Of a stretch of 64,000 nt of DNA, positions 35,950-46,214 are shown piece after piece. Every line of letters starts with the position of its first letter. Position 1 is the first letter of the stretch. Both the position numbers and the translations under genes were made by a program. Origin of the DNA: a virus (Duplodnaviria; Caudoviricetes); the IMG/VR virus record IMGVR_UViG_3300048861_000178, positions 1-64,000 of that record; one strand, written 5' to 3'. Below the pieces are notes generated by a model. It ran no database searches, was not told where the DNA came from, and saw only the letters and a list, made by a program, of their open reading frames with translations.

Positions 35950-37320
35950 ATGCCTGTTTTTGACGAAGTGCCGAACTCGCCGATTGCGACGCCTGTTCCG
36001 GCTACCATTCAGATCTCTAAACCTGCCTACCGTGGCGTGGTGGTCGACACGACCCTCATCCCGCAGCAATCGCTCTTGACGAACATCGAGGGCATGAGCA
36101 TGACGGTCGATTACTTCTCGCAAGTGATCGATGAGGACAATGCGCTCACCGGCCAGTCGGTCGACAAGGAAGGGATCTATCAGCAGTACCGACGGATTCA
36201 GAACCTTGAACTGAAGGTGATGCAGGATCTGAAGAGCACGCAGGACGGCAACCAAAAGACCATGGCGGTCACTGGTAACGCGAACATGTATCCGTTCGTG
36301 GTGCCCAATGAAGGCGACATGTTCGTGGTCGCGCTGCTCGACGGCCGCGCAGGCATCTGTCAGATTACGCACTCAGAAGAGCGCTCGATCTATAAGGACA
36401 CCTGCTACTACATCGAGTACGTCCTGGTCGATGAAGCGACCAAGGAACGCATGAGCGACCTGGTCAGCAAGACCGTGCAGAATCTGTACTTCCTGCGCGA
36501 CTTTCTGATCCATGGCCAGAACCCCCTGATTCAGGAAGAGGACTGGCATGACCTGAACGAGCTCGGTGATCGTTACCGCGATCTGGTGGCGATGTACTTC
36601 AAGATGTTCTCGTCCAACGAGTACAAGACCCTGGTGTTGCCTGGTCAACCCGAGCCGACGTACGATCACTTTGTCATGAAGGCGGTGATGAAGTTCTTCA
36701 CCACCTGGGACACGTACCTGATCCGTCAGAACCGGATTCTCAACTGTGATGACGACGATGTGATGAAGTCGATCACGATCTGGGATGCGCTGGTCAATCG
36801 CGATGACCACCTGATGAAGTTTGTGAACAAGCGTGCTGGGCTCGTCCCGGCTTGCCTCTTCACGCGCAACGCCATGCTCGAAGGGATTCACTATTCCGGC
36901 ATTCGGCGGGTGGTGTATCCGATCGACCCGGAGCTCACGGTGGACTTTGCAGCCTTGCCTGCGATTAAGAGCGCCGACGGCACGATCGCCTTGAGCCCAG
37001 TGCAGTCGCGTAAGGGTACGCTTAAAGACCTGCTCGATCCGACGCAGGAGCAGGGTCTGCAGATCTACGGCAATGCCCCATTGATCAATCCGGTGTTGTG
37101 TGACGATTACTACGTGTTCTCGGAAGCCTTCTACAACAACTACCCGGACGGTCAGTCCAAGCTGGAACTGTGTGTTCGAGATTTCCTCCAAGGTAAGGCG
37201 ATCAATCGCAAGCTGCTCTTGCAGTTCTGCGACACCTACCATGCCTGGGGTGGGCTCGAGCGTTTTTATTACCTCCCCGTCGTGCTAGTCCTGATCAACG
37301 CAGCGATTCGCGCGGTATAA
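35950..37320 (+). CDS. virion structural protein (phiKZ gp99-like)
   Basis: LLTNIEG, VDYFSQ, QQY.RI, PNEGDMF, FY..P; synteny. Confidence 0.78.
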   Translation: MPVFDEVPNSPIATPVPATIQISKPAYRGVVVDTTLIPQQSLLTNIEGMSMTVDYFSQVIDEDNALTGQSVDKEGIYQQYRRIQNLELKVMQDLKSTQDGNQKTMAVTGNANMYPFVVPNEGDMFVVALLDGRAGICQITHSEERSIYKDTCYYIEYVLVDEATKERMSDLVSKTVQNLYFLRDFLIHGQNPLIQEEDWHDLNELGDRYRDLVAMYFKMFSSNEYKTLVLPGQPEPTYDHFVMKAVMKFFTTWDTYLIRQNRILNCDDDDVMKSITIWDALVNRDDHLMKFVNKRAGLVPACLFTRNAMLEGIHYSGIRRVVYPIDPELTVDFAALPAIKSADGTIALSPVQSRKGTLKDLLDPTQEQGLQIYGNAPLINPVLCDDYYVFSEAFYNNYPDGQSKLELCVRDFLQGKAINRKLLLQFCDTYHAWGGLERFYYLPVVLVLINAAIRAV

Positions 37321-37336
37321 TAAGGAAGGCCCCATC

Positions 37337-38023
37337 ATGCCTATTGTTATCAACGAAACCTTTACCACGGACTACTACATCTTTGAAAAGTTGTGGTGGT
37401 GTCGTGTGCCGTTTAACGCCTCGCGCTCCGTCGAGCACATCAAACACTTCGGCACACCCATGTCGGGTGACCCGGATCGAGATCGCGCGACGGCCAATGA
37501 GCTGGTGGATCGGATGCTCACCATTGAACGGATGGTCGAGTACACCAAGACGGGCGTGCATGTCTACGTCAAGAACCGCAACGATTGCAAGGAGATTTAC
37601 GAGGCCATCAGTTTGCATCTGCAAGGCTGGAAGAAGCACCTGGAGTCGAGCCTGAATACGGGTGACGCCCCCTTGCAGGATCTGGTGGATCTGGATCAGT
37701 TTGCCAACCTCGTCTACTCGCACGCCAAGTACCAGTTCACCAACCAGTGGATGGAAGACGTGTTGCAGCGTCACATCTCCAGCTCGTTGCGTGTCTCGCG
37801 GGGCAACATGTTCGTCGCCAAGCCCTCGATCCAGCCGCAGGATACCCGTACCGATGAGGAGAAACTCGCCGAGCAATATCCGGACCGTCAGGACATGTCG
37901 GATGTGTTTGCTCGCCGCCTGCAGGCGGGCTCTTTGAACCGCGGCCTGTTGCCCCAACAGAGGCTGCCGGAAAAGAGTGGCGAGCGTATCCCCGTGCCGG
38001 GCTTAAGCGACAAGTGGAAGTAA
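37337..38023 (+). CDS. conserved phiKZ-like protein (gp100-like)
   Basis: IYEAI..HL..W, APLQDL..LD.FA; synteny. Confidence 0.75.
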   Translation: MPIVINETFTTDYYIFEKLWWCRVPFNASRSVEHIKHFGTPMSGDPDRDRATANELVDRMLTIERMVEYTKTGVHVYVKNRNDCKEIYEAISLHLQGWKKHLESSLNTGDAPLQDLVDLDQFANLVYSHAKYQFTNQWMEDVLQRHISSSLRVSRGNMFVAKPSIQPQDTRTDEEKLAEQYPDRQDMSDVFARRLQAGSLNRGLLPQQRLPEKSGERIPVPGLSDKWK

Positions 38024-38032
38024 GGAGCCCCT

Positions 38033-39394
38033 ATGGAACTGGAACAGTCGGGATTGTATCAAGAGGTGCAAGCGATCACCGCTGCGCCCAATCCCGTGCA
38101 CTTTGCATGGTCCGCGATCATTCACCTGAATGCGACGGGTGTGGACCTGGTGCCGCTTAAGCTGGTGTCCTATGACATCCAGGCGGACTATGAGCTGAAC
38201 TACGGTGACGTGGTGATGGTGGAGCTCCTGATCCCAGCAGGGAAGTACGCGTATCAGGTCTACCCCAACCAGAGCAATCTGGACATCACGATCATCAAGA
38301 CGCCCTTGAGTGAAACCAGGGACACGACCAACACCGCCCAGCAAGTGCAGCAACAGCGCTTTACAGCCACGCTGGTGGATCGGGGTAACCCGACCTTAAG
38401 TGGTAATGGTCGGAACGTGGTGTCCGAAGACGATCTGGATCGCGTCTCGCTCCTGAACATCAACTTCCAGTTGGTGGATAAGGCCCTCGAGCAATTGCGC
38501 ATGCGCACCTACGGCAACATCTTTCGCTACATGACGCCGCAAGACGTCATCACTGGTGTGCTCACCCAGCAGTCGAGCAACATCATGGTGAATGGCGCGC
38601 AAGCCGTGCAGGGTGTGCAAATGGTGCCAGCGGATAATACCACCAGGCGCGATCATCTGGTAATTCCGCAGGGTACGAAGCTCGTGAACCTGCCGAAGTA
38701 CGTGCAGGAGAAGTGCGGCGGTGTGTACGGTGCAGGGATGGGGTATTACCTGCAAGACGGCTTCTGGCATGTCTATCCGCTTTACGATCCGACTCGCTAC
38801 AGTCAGGCGTTCTCGCAGGCGACGATTATCATCATCCCGGAGAACAAGTATCCGAACCTGGATCGTACTTATCGGCAGGACGGCAGCAACCTCGTCATTC
38901 TGGCAACCGGCACTGTCAAGACCCAGGATAGCTCTGACTCCAAGCAGCTCTCGCAAGGCAACGGCTTGCGCTTTGCGGATGCCAGCAAGATGATGGAGGG
39001 CTTTGTCTACACCCAGGACAATAAGACCCTCGCCGCACGAGGTTCGATCAACAGTGAGTTTGTCTCGACGCAGCGTCCCAATGGCATGAATAATGTGCAG
39101 GTATCGCCTAACCGCATCACTGCCAATCCTTATCTGGAATACTCGGCATTGGCTCAGCGTAATGGCGGCCTGGTGGGGCTTGTGTGGGAACACACCGATC
39201 CTTCGTTGATTGTGCCTGGCATGATGCTGCGTATTCTGTATCTGTCCGATGACTCCATTGAACAGATGTACGGGGTTCTCCTGAAGGCTCACCACTCCGT
39301 GCAAATGGCGGCTCCAGGTTTGACCGTAGCGCGACACGTCACGCGTACTGCGCTTACGATCTTTACGCAAGGCCAGTCTCAGGGGACGTCCTAG
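38033..39394 (+). CDS. virion structural protein, putative baseplate hub (phiKZ gp101-like)
   Basis: LP.YVQ...GGVY..G.G.Y.Q...W.VYPLY, W...DP.LI.PGM; synteny. Confidence 0.75.
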   Translation: MELEQSGLYQEVQAITAAPNPVHFAWSAIIHLNATGVDLVPLKLVSYDIQADYELNYGDVVMVELLIPAGKYAYQVYPNQSNLDITIIKTPLSETRDTTNTAQQVQQQRFTATLVDRGNPTLSGNGRNVVSEDDLDRVSLLNINFQLVDKALEQLRMRTYGNIFRYMTPQDVITGVLTQQSSNIMVNGAQAVQGVQMVPADNTTRRDHLVIPQGTKLVNLPKYVQEKCGGVYGAGMGYYLQDGFWHVYPLYDPTRYSQAFSQATIIIIPENKYPNLDRTYRQDGSNLVILATGTVKTQDSSDSKQLSQGNGLRFADASKMMEGFVYTQDNKTLAARGSINSEFVSTQRPNGMNNVQVSPNRITANPYLEYSALAQRNGGLVGLVWEHTDPSLIVPGMMLRILYLSDDSIEQMYGVLLKAHHSVQMAAPGLTVARHVTRTALTIFTQGQSQGTS

Positions 39395-39433
39395 TCGAGC
39401 ACGATAGCGTCGACGTTTTACGAGGGGAGCAAC

Positions 39434-39685
39434 ATGCGTCAGCTACTGGCCCGAGCGCTCGTGATGTCAGCGCTTGTCTATGTGGTGGTTGCCGCAACGG
39501 CTGGCACCATATCCTTTATCACTCCGCTTCTGCCCGAGGCTACGCCGTTGATCCCGGTGGCAGAGTTCGCGCGGTTACTCGTAGCCGATCTCGAACACGG
39601 AGCGATTTTGCAGGTGTGTCAGCCCTTTCGCTGTTTCAAGGAAGACACTCACGGCTATCAAGGGTTGCGTGCTTTAACGCCCTGA
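39434..39685 (+). CDS. small protein with an N-terminal hydrophobic segment
   Basis: GGGGAG RBS; 83 aa. Confidence 0.55.
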   Translation: MRQLLARALVMSALVYVVVAATAGTISFITPLLPEATPLIPVAEFARLLVADLEHGAILQVCQPFRCFKEDTHGYQGLRALTP

Positions 39686-39690
39686 CCTAG

Positions 39691-39758
39691 GGGGAGAGCT
39701 TCGGCTCTCCCTTTATGCCGTTGACAGGGCCCAGTAAGAAAATATCGTCAATTCTATG
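39691..39758 (+). promoter_or_regulatory. UUCG terminator hairpin followed by a late-promoter-like ATTCTATG
   Basis: GGGAGAGC-TTCG-GCTCTCCC-TTTATGCCG; ATTCTATG at 39751-39758. Confidence 0.6.
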
Positions 39759-39787
39759 ATTAATTATTCAATCTCGGGACCAACACC

Positions 39788-40327
39788 ATGGCCACACCTA
39801 AGCCTTACGGTGGATTGAGTAGCGATCGTTTGACCGCTTTGATTAGCGTCTACAATCCTGGTTTGCATCGGGTTGAGCACGTTGATTTTACGTACGGACA
39901 ACCCCAAGAGTACACAGATGCTCAGGGACGGAATACCCAGGTGACGCTCACCCCGGTGGCAGGGACTGACTACGTGGGGCCGGAGGACATCCATTACAGG
40001 CGTCTACCATTAAGCGTACTGTCGTTGCTGCCTGCGGGCTATGTTAAGCCCGTCGTCATCGAGGCGTTTCCGTTTTCTATTCATGCTTCGTTGGATGCGA
40101 TCAACGAAGCGTTGGGCCTTAACCTGACGCCTGACGAAGTTGAAGACACAGTCTACAGCGAAGAACAAAGCACCTACCAGTTGACTGCGATCGGTGCCAA
40201 TTCCCTAGCGTGGCTGGACTCGACTTATGAGTTCCAGGTTCAATTGCCGGGGGCCTTAATTCCCCTCGATTCGGTGATTGTGCGTCCTACGCTGAGTGGT
40301 CTGGTCTACGTCCAGCCCCTTGTGTAA
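39788..40327 (+). CDS. tail-fibre family A protein (anchor module only)
   Basis: L..LI...N, NT.VTL, Y.G....Y.RL.L, ends LDSVI..PTLSGLVY. Confidence 0.8.
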   Translation: MATPKPYGGLSSDRLTALISVYNPGLHRVEHVDFTYGQPQEYTDAQGRNTQVTLTPVAGTDYVGPEDIHYRRLPLSVLSLLPAGYVKPVVIEAFPFSIHASLDAINEALGLNLTPDEVEDTVYSEEQSTYQLTAIGANSLAWLDSTYEFQVQLPGALIPLDSVIVRPTLSGLVYVQPLV

Positions 40328-40402
40328 GCAATAAAAATTGGCGCATCCTATGCGAATGTGTTTTTTCCTTCGACTCCATTAACCTTCCAGAAGGTATCGA
40401 AA

Positions 40403-40933
40403 ATGGCATGGCAACTTGACTTTACCAAAGACCCCGATCAGGTCCTTCTGGATCAGATCAACCACGACAACGCCAGTGCCCTGACGCTCGCGCTCATCTC
40501 CTTCGGCATTCCGACGGCCATGACGGGCACCAATCCGAACCCGGACACGCAGATCACCGTGTCCTCGCAAGCTGGTTCGGGCTATACGGGTAGCGTGGTG
40601 GTGAACTACAACCGCGTCGACCTGTCGACGATTCCGGGCGCGCGCAGCACCGTCTACGCACTGGGCAATGCAGCGAACATTTCGGATATGATTCCGGAAG
40701 TGAACGCTGCGTACCAGATCAACCTGACGGCGGCTGACTACACGGACGGCCCGCTGCCGACCTTCACCGGCGGCATCCCGAACGAAGAGCACAACTTCCA
40801 GATCGCGGCTACGGCGGATTCGGTCGTCTACGAAGGCGTGATGACCCTCACGCTGCGCTCCAACGACATCCCGCTGTCGAGCGTCATTACGTCGCCGACG
40901 CTCACGGGTCTGGTGTACGTCCAACCGTCCTAA
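40403..40933 (+). CDS. tail-fibre family A protein (anchor module only)
   Basis: YTGSVVVNYNRVDL; ends LSSVITSPTLTGLVYVQPS; ATCCTATG at 40345 upstream and a UUCG terminator at 40961-40987 downstream. Confidence 0.82.
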   Translation: MAWQLDFTKDPDQVLLDQINHDNASALTLALISFGIPTAMTGTNPNPDTQITVSSQAGSGYTGSVVVNYNRVDLSTIPGARSTVYALGNAANISDMIPEVNAAYQINLTAADYTDGPLPTFTGGIPNEEHNFQIAATADSVVYEGVMTLTLRSNDIPLSSVITSPTLTGLVYVQPS

Positions 40934-41005
40934 GTCGTTTTGTTGGCTCAGACCTAAAACGAGAGGGGACCTTCGGGTCCCCTCTTTATTCGTTAAGGGG
41001 TAAGC

Positions 41006-41836
41006 ATGTCTTTTGTGCCAGTCGCTTCCGACCGGCTGTTGGCACTCATCAATCAGGCAAACCCGCACCTTCCGACACCGGTTACCAAGAGTAACCTGTA
41101 TCTGGGTGGCGCGCGCCTGGACCCGAGTGCTTCGGACGGCAAGTCTTCTATCGTCCCGACCACCGGGGTGTTGGGGACCGTGTATCACGGGTATCAAGAT
41201 TTCAAGTATCAGCGCATTAACCTCACGCAAGCTTACGACTATATTCCGGTCATGCGCAGCGTGGGTGCCGATACGTTGTACAACATGCTCGACATTGTCA
41301 ATGCGTATCTGGGGTTGAACTTCACACAGGACGACGTTGTTGACACCAATGTTGCGCGTGTCGATGCAGGTGCCTCAGTCAACATCAATATCATTGCCAA
41401 GCCAACCTCACTCGGTTATACCGGCTCGATGGTATTGGAATTTCAGCGGATCACGCCCGAGCTGTCTTCAGTGATTCGTAGCGTGAGTTTGGACACGCAA
41501 AACTACGACCAGATCGACCCAACGCTGAACAAGCTCGACATTGGCATGCAGATGTGGAATGTCGATATGTCGCCGTTCTTTAGCACCACTGCCTCAGCCA
41601 ATGCCTTGGCCGTCTCAAGCAACGGGACGTGGGCCAACCTGGCGTTGCTGAAGGCTGCGATTCAGAAACAGTTTGGCTACACGGACTGGCCCACGCCAGC
41701 AGCGAACACGGTGACCGATTACGCGACTTCGAAGTATCCTGGCGCGAACACCAACTTCGAACGGGTCGTGGTTCAGAAAAACGTGGTGGGTGGCACCTAC
41801 GTCGGTGCGGCGCTCTTCCACTATAACCAGAGCTAG
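41006..41836 (+). CDS. tail-fibre family A protein with tip domain
   Basis: Anchor module plus C-terminal DYATS..P.AN.NF.RVVV...FHYN (phiKZ gp131-like pattern from memory). Confidence 0.82.
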   Translation: MSFVPVASDRLLALINQANPHLPTPVTKSNLYLGGARLDPSASDGKSSIVPTTGVLGTVYHGYQDFKYQRINLTQAYDYIPVMRSVGADTLYNMLDIVNAYLGLNFTQDDVVDTNVARVDAGASVNINIIAKPTSLGYTGSMVLEFQRITPELSSVIRSVSLDTQNYDQIDPTLNKLDIGMQMWNVDMSPFFSTTASANALAVSSNGTWANLALLKAAIQKQFGYTDWPTPAANTVTDYATSKYPGANTNFERVVVQKNVVGGTYVGAALFHYNQS

Positions 41837-41844
41837 GATTAGTC

Positions 41845-43389
41845 ATGGCGCAAACGCTTTATCCCGCACCACTGACTGCGATTCTGACTGCGATTGCGGC
41901 TCAGAACAAGGGCGTGACACTCGTCCCCAGTCAGTACACCTTTGGCAATCCTGTCGTCTATCAGGACCCCCAGGGGATTGAAAACACGTCGTTGCTGATT
42001 ACGGTCAATGACGTGAGCGCGCCATACCAAGGTGCACAAACGGTTTACTATCGCCGCCTGAATCTCGCTGATCTGGCGATCCTCTTGCCGCAGCCGATCT
42101 TCGGCAACGGCTGGACCACGGTCGCGGACTTTTGGGCCGTGCTCAATGCGAACTTCGGTCTGAACTTTGTCGCCGGGGACCTCAACGACAGCACGCCGCT
42201 CGTGATCAATCCGGACGGCTCAGGCTCAGTCACGCTGGTGGCACAAGCGAATTCGCTCGGCTGGATTGGTTCGGTAACATTACCGTTCCAAGCGGGTAAC
42301 TACGATCTAGCTACAGTGGCGACCGGCACAACGCTCTCGGGCCTGTTGTATCCGAATACCGACGCAGGCAAGCCCTTCGGTGAGTTGTATTCGTACTTCC
42401 GCGACATGACGCCGTATCAGGCGCATCTGCAGAACTACAACACCTCGAGCAATGATCTCACGCAATTGACGTTGGATCTGAAAGCACTGACCGGTAACAA
42501 CTGGACCAACGTTGCAGCGGCGCAGTACAGTTTGCAAGGCGCCTCGGTGGTGTACAACGGACTGGTGTCGGATTTTGTGCCGCTGGGTGATTCCATCTGC
42601 ACGCCCAATCCGGCTTATCAGTACGTGCTGATTGTCAAGCTAAACAATTCGTACTCGCTGGGTTACTCGGGCTACATGTTCCTGCATTATGGTCTCATCG
42701 ACCCGTATGCAAACACGGATGTGTTGCCACCTGTGAAGACTGCGATGCTGTTGCGCTTTGACGGCATCAATGGCTCGACCATTTTGCACGACCAGGCTTA
42801 TCCGTCGCGAGTGCTGAACGCCAATGCACCGGCTGCGATCTCCACCGCTCGGTCGCTCTGGGGTGGTTCTTCGTTGGCCGCGTTGGCTGCAGGTGCAAAC
42901 GTGACGACGGCGGACTCCGCTGAGCTGCGTCTCACCTCAGACTTCACCATCGAGTTCGATCAGTATCTGCTCGCGAACAACGCCGTCCAGGTGCTGGCCA
43001 TGAAGGCGCCGGATGACGCCAGTTCGGGTGGTCGCATTCAGGTGTATAGCGACGGGACCTTGGTGGTCTATGCGGATCAGGACGCTATTACGCCGGGTAG
43101 CCAGACACTCACGGTGCCTGCTAACAAGCTAGTGCTCAATCAGTGGCAGCACATCGCGCTGGTCAGCAAAGTAGGCGTGTGGACGCTCTATGTGGATGGT
43201 GTACCGCAAGCCACCGCAACGGCAACCGGCAAGACCTGGGGTAACAACGCAGGGATGCTGTCGATTGGTGGCGACCCCTTCGTGACGACTGCGCCTGCGC
43301 AAGCGTACCTCGAGGAATTCCGCATCAGTAATGTCGCCCGGTATTCGGCCCTCTTCACGCCGATCACCGATCAGTTCTATGTTGATTAA
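41845..43389 (+). CDS. tail-fibre family A protein with tip domain and LamG/ConA-like lectin domain
   Basis: Anchor module; FLHY tip; LLRFDG...DFTIEF...WQHIALV...YVDG...EEFRISNVARY. Confidence 0.85.
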   Translation: MAQTLYPAPLTAILTAIAAQNKGVTLVPSQYTFGNPVVYQDPQGIENTSLLITVNDVSAPYQGAQTVYYRRLNLADLAILLPQPIFGNGWTTVADFWAVLNANFGLNFVAGDLNDSTPLVINPDGSGSVTLVAQANSLGWIGSVTLPFQAGNYDLATVATGTTLSGLLYPNTDAGKPFGELYSYFRDMTPYQAHLQNYNTSSNDLTQLTLDLKALTGNNWTNVAAAQYSLQGASVVYNGLVSDFVPLGDSICTPNPAYQYVLIVKLNNSYSLGYSGYMFLHYGLIDPYANTDVLPPVKTAMLLRFDGINGSTILHDQAYPSRVLNANAPAAISTARSLWGGSSLAALAAGANVTTADSAELRLTSDFTIEFDQYLLANNAVQVLAMKAPDDASSGGRIQVYSDGTLVVYADQDAITPGSQTLTVPANKLVLNQWQHIALVSKVGVWTLYVDGVPQATATATGKTWGNNAGMLSIGGDPFVTTAPAQAYLEEFRISNVARYSALFTPITDQFYVD

Positions 43390-43404
43390 TCCAAGGAGAG
43401 AGTG

Positions 43405-44277
43405 ATGACAGGCATTACGTCACAGCCGACGACTCTCTCCGGAGAGCAGCTGATTATCCTGCTCAATGAGACGTTCACTCCGAATCCGATCTTCTCGGAT
43501 AAGAACCTGATCTTTGGTACGCCGCAAGCTGCGCCCGATGGTGCAGTGGGTTACGATACCACGGTGGACGTCACAGGGGTGCCAGGCCGAGGCTATTACG
43601 GGGACGCGGTGATTCAATACACCCGTGTCCCGCTCTCCAATCTGGCAGGTCGGGTCTCGCTCGCCTCGCTGGATAACTTTACGCTGGCGAGCATTGCGAC
43701 GCTGATGAATGCGTCGTTGGGGACGTTCCTGCAAGAGGAGGATTTTGTTCCGCAGGACATCACCACACCGCCGCTGCTCGGTTCGAGCACAGTGACGTTG
43801 GTGGCAGCCGATGACTCGCTCGGGTGGAAAGGCTCAGTCGACATCACGATCACGCACGATAAGCCGCACCTGAATGTGGTGATCGCGAGTAATCGACTGA
43901 ACACGATGTTTGACGACTATAGCGCCGCCGTGGTGAACCATGTCCCGTATCGACTCAATGGTCGGGATTACCTATGGAACTACGACTTCACGTCGATGCG
44001 TGATGCGCTGGCGATTAAGTACTACGCGCTCAATCAGAACGTCGGCTACAACGGCATTGCGGACTACGCGACGCTTAGCGCAGCCTGTGCGAAAGTCGGG
44101 ATTCCTTACTTTCCAAACGCCCAGTATGGTCGTACCGGCGCAAGCGATTACGCGACCTCGCAGATTGCTGACAGCAACAAGAATTTTGATCGGGTAGTGA
44201 TTCTCGGTACGATTTGGGGCGGTGTCTTCTATGGCAGTGCCTTGTACTTTCACTACAACGTCCTCGAAAATCGTTAG
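43405..44277 (+). CDS. tail-fibre family A protein with tip domain
   Basis: GYYGDAVIQYTRVPL; DYATS...SNKNFDRVV...YFHYN. Confidence 0.82.
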   Translation: MTGITSQPTTLSGEQLIILLNETFTPNPIFSDKNLIFGTPQAAPDGAVGYDTTVDVTGVPGRGYYGDAVIQYTRVPLSNLAGRVSLASLDNFTLASIATLMNASLGTFLQEEDFVPQDITTPPLLGSSTVTLVAADDSLGWKGSVDITITHDKPHLNVVIASNRLNTMFDDYSAAVVNHVPYRLNGRDYLWNYDFTSMRDALAIKYYALNQNVGYNGIADYATLSAACAKVGIPYFPNAQYGRTGASDYATSQIADSNKNFDRVVILGTIWGGVFYGSALYFHYNVLENR

Positions 44278-44287
44278 GGCTTGAACC

Positions 44288-45259
44288 ATGTCTCTTTATC
44301 CCAAGCAGTCCATGCAGATGCTGGTTGACCTGATCAACCAAGCGAATCCGTCTCTGCCTGTACCGCTGACCACGACGAATGCGCTCTACGGGACGCCGAC
44401 CGCCGTCACCCCCACGGGTGGTAACGTTCAGAATACGTCGATCAAGGTCACCGCACAGGCTGGGACGAAATACGTGGGTAACACCACGTTGCTGTATCGT
44501 CGGTTGGACTTCGGCATTTTGTTTCGCAATCTGCCGATCGTTATTTACAAGTATTCGCCTAATGCCGGGTCGCCGTACAAGATCTCGGATCTGTTGCCCT
44601 CGATCAACGCCAAGTATGGTCTCAGTCTCACGACGGCCGACGTCGTGGATGGCAGCTTACCCACAGGTAACACCAACGCAGTGGCGGCCATCGGTCTAGC
44701 CGCCGGTACGCGCAATAGCTCGATTACGGTCACTGCGCAAACCAGCAGTCCTGGCTTCATCGGAAGCTTTACGCTTTACTGGGTCCAGGCACCGCAGGAC
44801 ATCGGTTCGATGATTTCGGTAACGAGTCTGGAAAACGCGCGCGTGTTCCCTGGCGCGCGTAACGTGGTCGACAACTCGATCTACGTGCCGGATCTGGACT
44901 TCTACTCGATTGACTGGACGAATGCGCTTAACCAGGCCGCGGCGGCGGCGAGCCAGAGTCTGGCTATAGCCATTGGTTTCTTAACTAGTTACGGCTTGGG
45001 TACTCAAACTGGCGCACCCGCGACGGTCCATAGCTCGTTGCTTGCTTCGATCAATGCAGCGATTACCACGCAGTACAACCTGACCAATCCGGTCTCGACC
45101 CCGTACAGTCTGTATGGCATCAAGTTCACGAACGTGATCCTGCCAAGCGCGACCTTGCCGGAAGCAGACAGCAAGTACTTCAACCGTGCGTTGTATATGG
45201 ATCTGCCTGCGGGAGCTTCGTGGGGTGCGGGCCGTATCATCATGCACTACAACGTTTAA
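44288..45259 (+). CDS. tail-fibre family A protein with tip domain
   Basis: LVDLINQANP, YVGNTTLLYRRLD, ends MHYNV. Confidence 0.82.
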   Translation: MSLYPKQSMQMLVDLINQANPSLPVPLTTTNALYGTPTAVTPTGGNVQNTSIKVTAQAGTKYVGNTTLLYRRLDFGILFRNLPIVIYKYSPNAGSPYKISDLLPSINAKYGLSLTTADVVDGSLPTGNTNAVAAIGLAAGTRNSSITVTAQTSSPGFIGSFTLYWVQAPQDIGSMISVTSLENARVFPGARNVVDNSIYVPDLDFYSIDWTNALNQAAAAASQSLAIAIGFLTSYGLGTQTGAPATVHSSLLASINAAITTQYNLTNPVSTPYSLYGIKFTNVILPSATLPEADSKYFNRALYMDLPAGASWGAGRIIMHYNV

Positions 45260-45268
45260 GGGTGAGAT

Positions 45269-46162
45269 ATGTCGACTTTTCAACTCCCATCCTTGACTGA
45301 TTTGCTGAACGCGATCAATGCGGCCAACGCGACGACGTTTACGGCGTCCGATCTGTCGTTCTCGAATCCGAAAGTGGTGTCGGGAACCTGGCAGGGTCTA
45401 TCAAGCGATCGCAATACCGCTGTGAAAGTGACAGCGGCTTCAGCGAATTATCAAGGCTCCCAGGTGATTCTTTACAATCGCCTGGACTTGGCCCAGCTGG
45501 CCAATCTGTCCGGCGTCACGGATTTGGCCGTGAGCAATCCGCAACACACCTGGGATATCTTGCCGCAGCTGGCTTACTACCTGGGTATTCAGTTCGTGCA
45601 GGGTGATTTGCAGAATCTGCCGATCACGCTCAATGGCGACGGCACGGGTCAGGTGCAGCTCTCGGCTGATCCGAATTCGCTCGGCTGGCAAGGTAGTGTG
45701 ATGCTCAATGTGGTGCCGGGCGGTGTATTGCTCGATGCGGCCGCGGCGACTACGCAACTGCCGGGTATTAACTATCCGGTGGCAGATGCGTCAGCACCGC
45801 CTGCGTCGGCCGTGTACGGCCCGGCCTATCTGTATCCGTACGACTTCACCTCCTGGCAGTCGACGTTCCTGTCGTACGCGCCGGGTGCGATGACGCAGAC
45901 TCAGCTCGATGCTGTGTTGGCGGCCATTCAAGCTGTGGATGTGGGTGCAGGTAAGTCGTTGTGGGTGGACACGGGTGCCAACACGACCTGGAATTTGACG
46001 GGGGCAACCATCGTCTCGAACGGCCTGAATGATGCGGTGAATAACCCAACCAATCCGGCCTACAAGTACGTGATGGCTATTCAGTTGGCGGCGAACCAGA
46101 CGACGCCTTCGGGTCTGCTGTATCTGCACTACAACGATCCGTTCGACCCGAACAACTTCTAA
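45269..46162 (+). CDS. tail-fibre family A protein with tip domain
   Basis: YQGSQVILYNRLDL, NSLGWQGSV, NPAYKYV...LYLHYN. Confidence 0.82.
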   Translation: MSTFQLPSLTDLLNAINAANATTFTASDLSFSNPKVVSGTWQGLSSDRNTAVKVTAASANYQGSQVILYNRLDLAQLANLSGVTDLAVSNPQHTWDILPQLAYYLGIQFVQGDLQNLPITLNGDGTGQVQLSADPNSLGWQGSVMLNVVPGGVLLDAAAATTQLPGINYPVADASAPPASAVYGPAYLYPYDFTSWQSTFLSYAPGAMTQTQLDAVLAAIQAVDVGAGKSLWVDTGANTTWNLTGATIVSNGLNDAVNNPTNPAYKYVMAIQLAANQTTPSGLLYLHYNDPFDPNNF

Positions 46163-46214
46163 GTCGAGAGCATAGGGGAGTGGGTCACCCCCACTCCCTG
46201 AAACGAGGTGTTGA

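Noticed and set aside
39434-39685. Holin or spanin
   Set aside because: Only one hydrophobic segment, no lipobox, and about 29 kb from the endolysin; insufficient support
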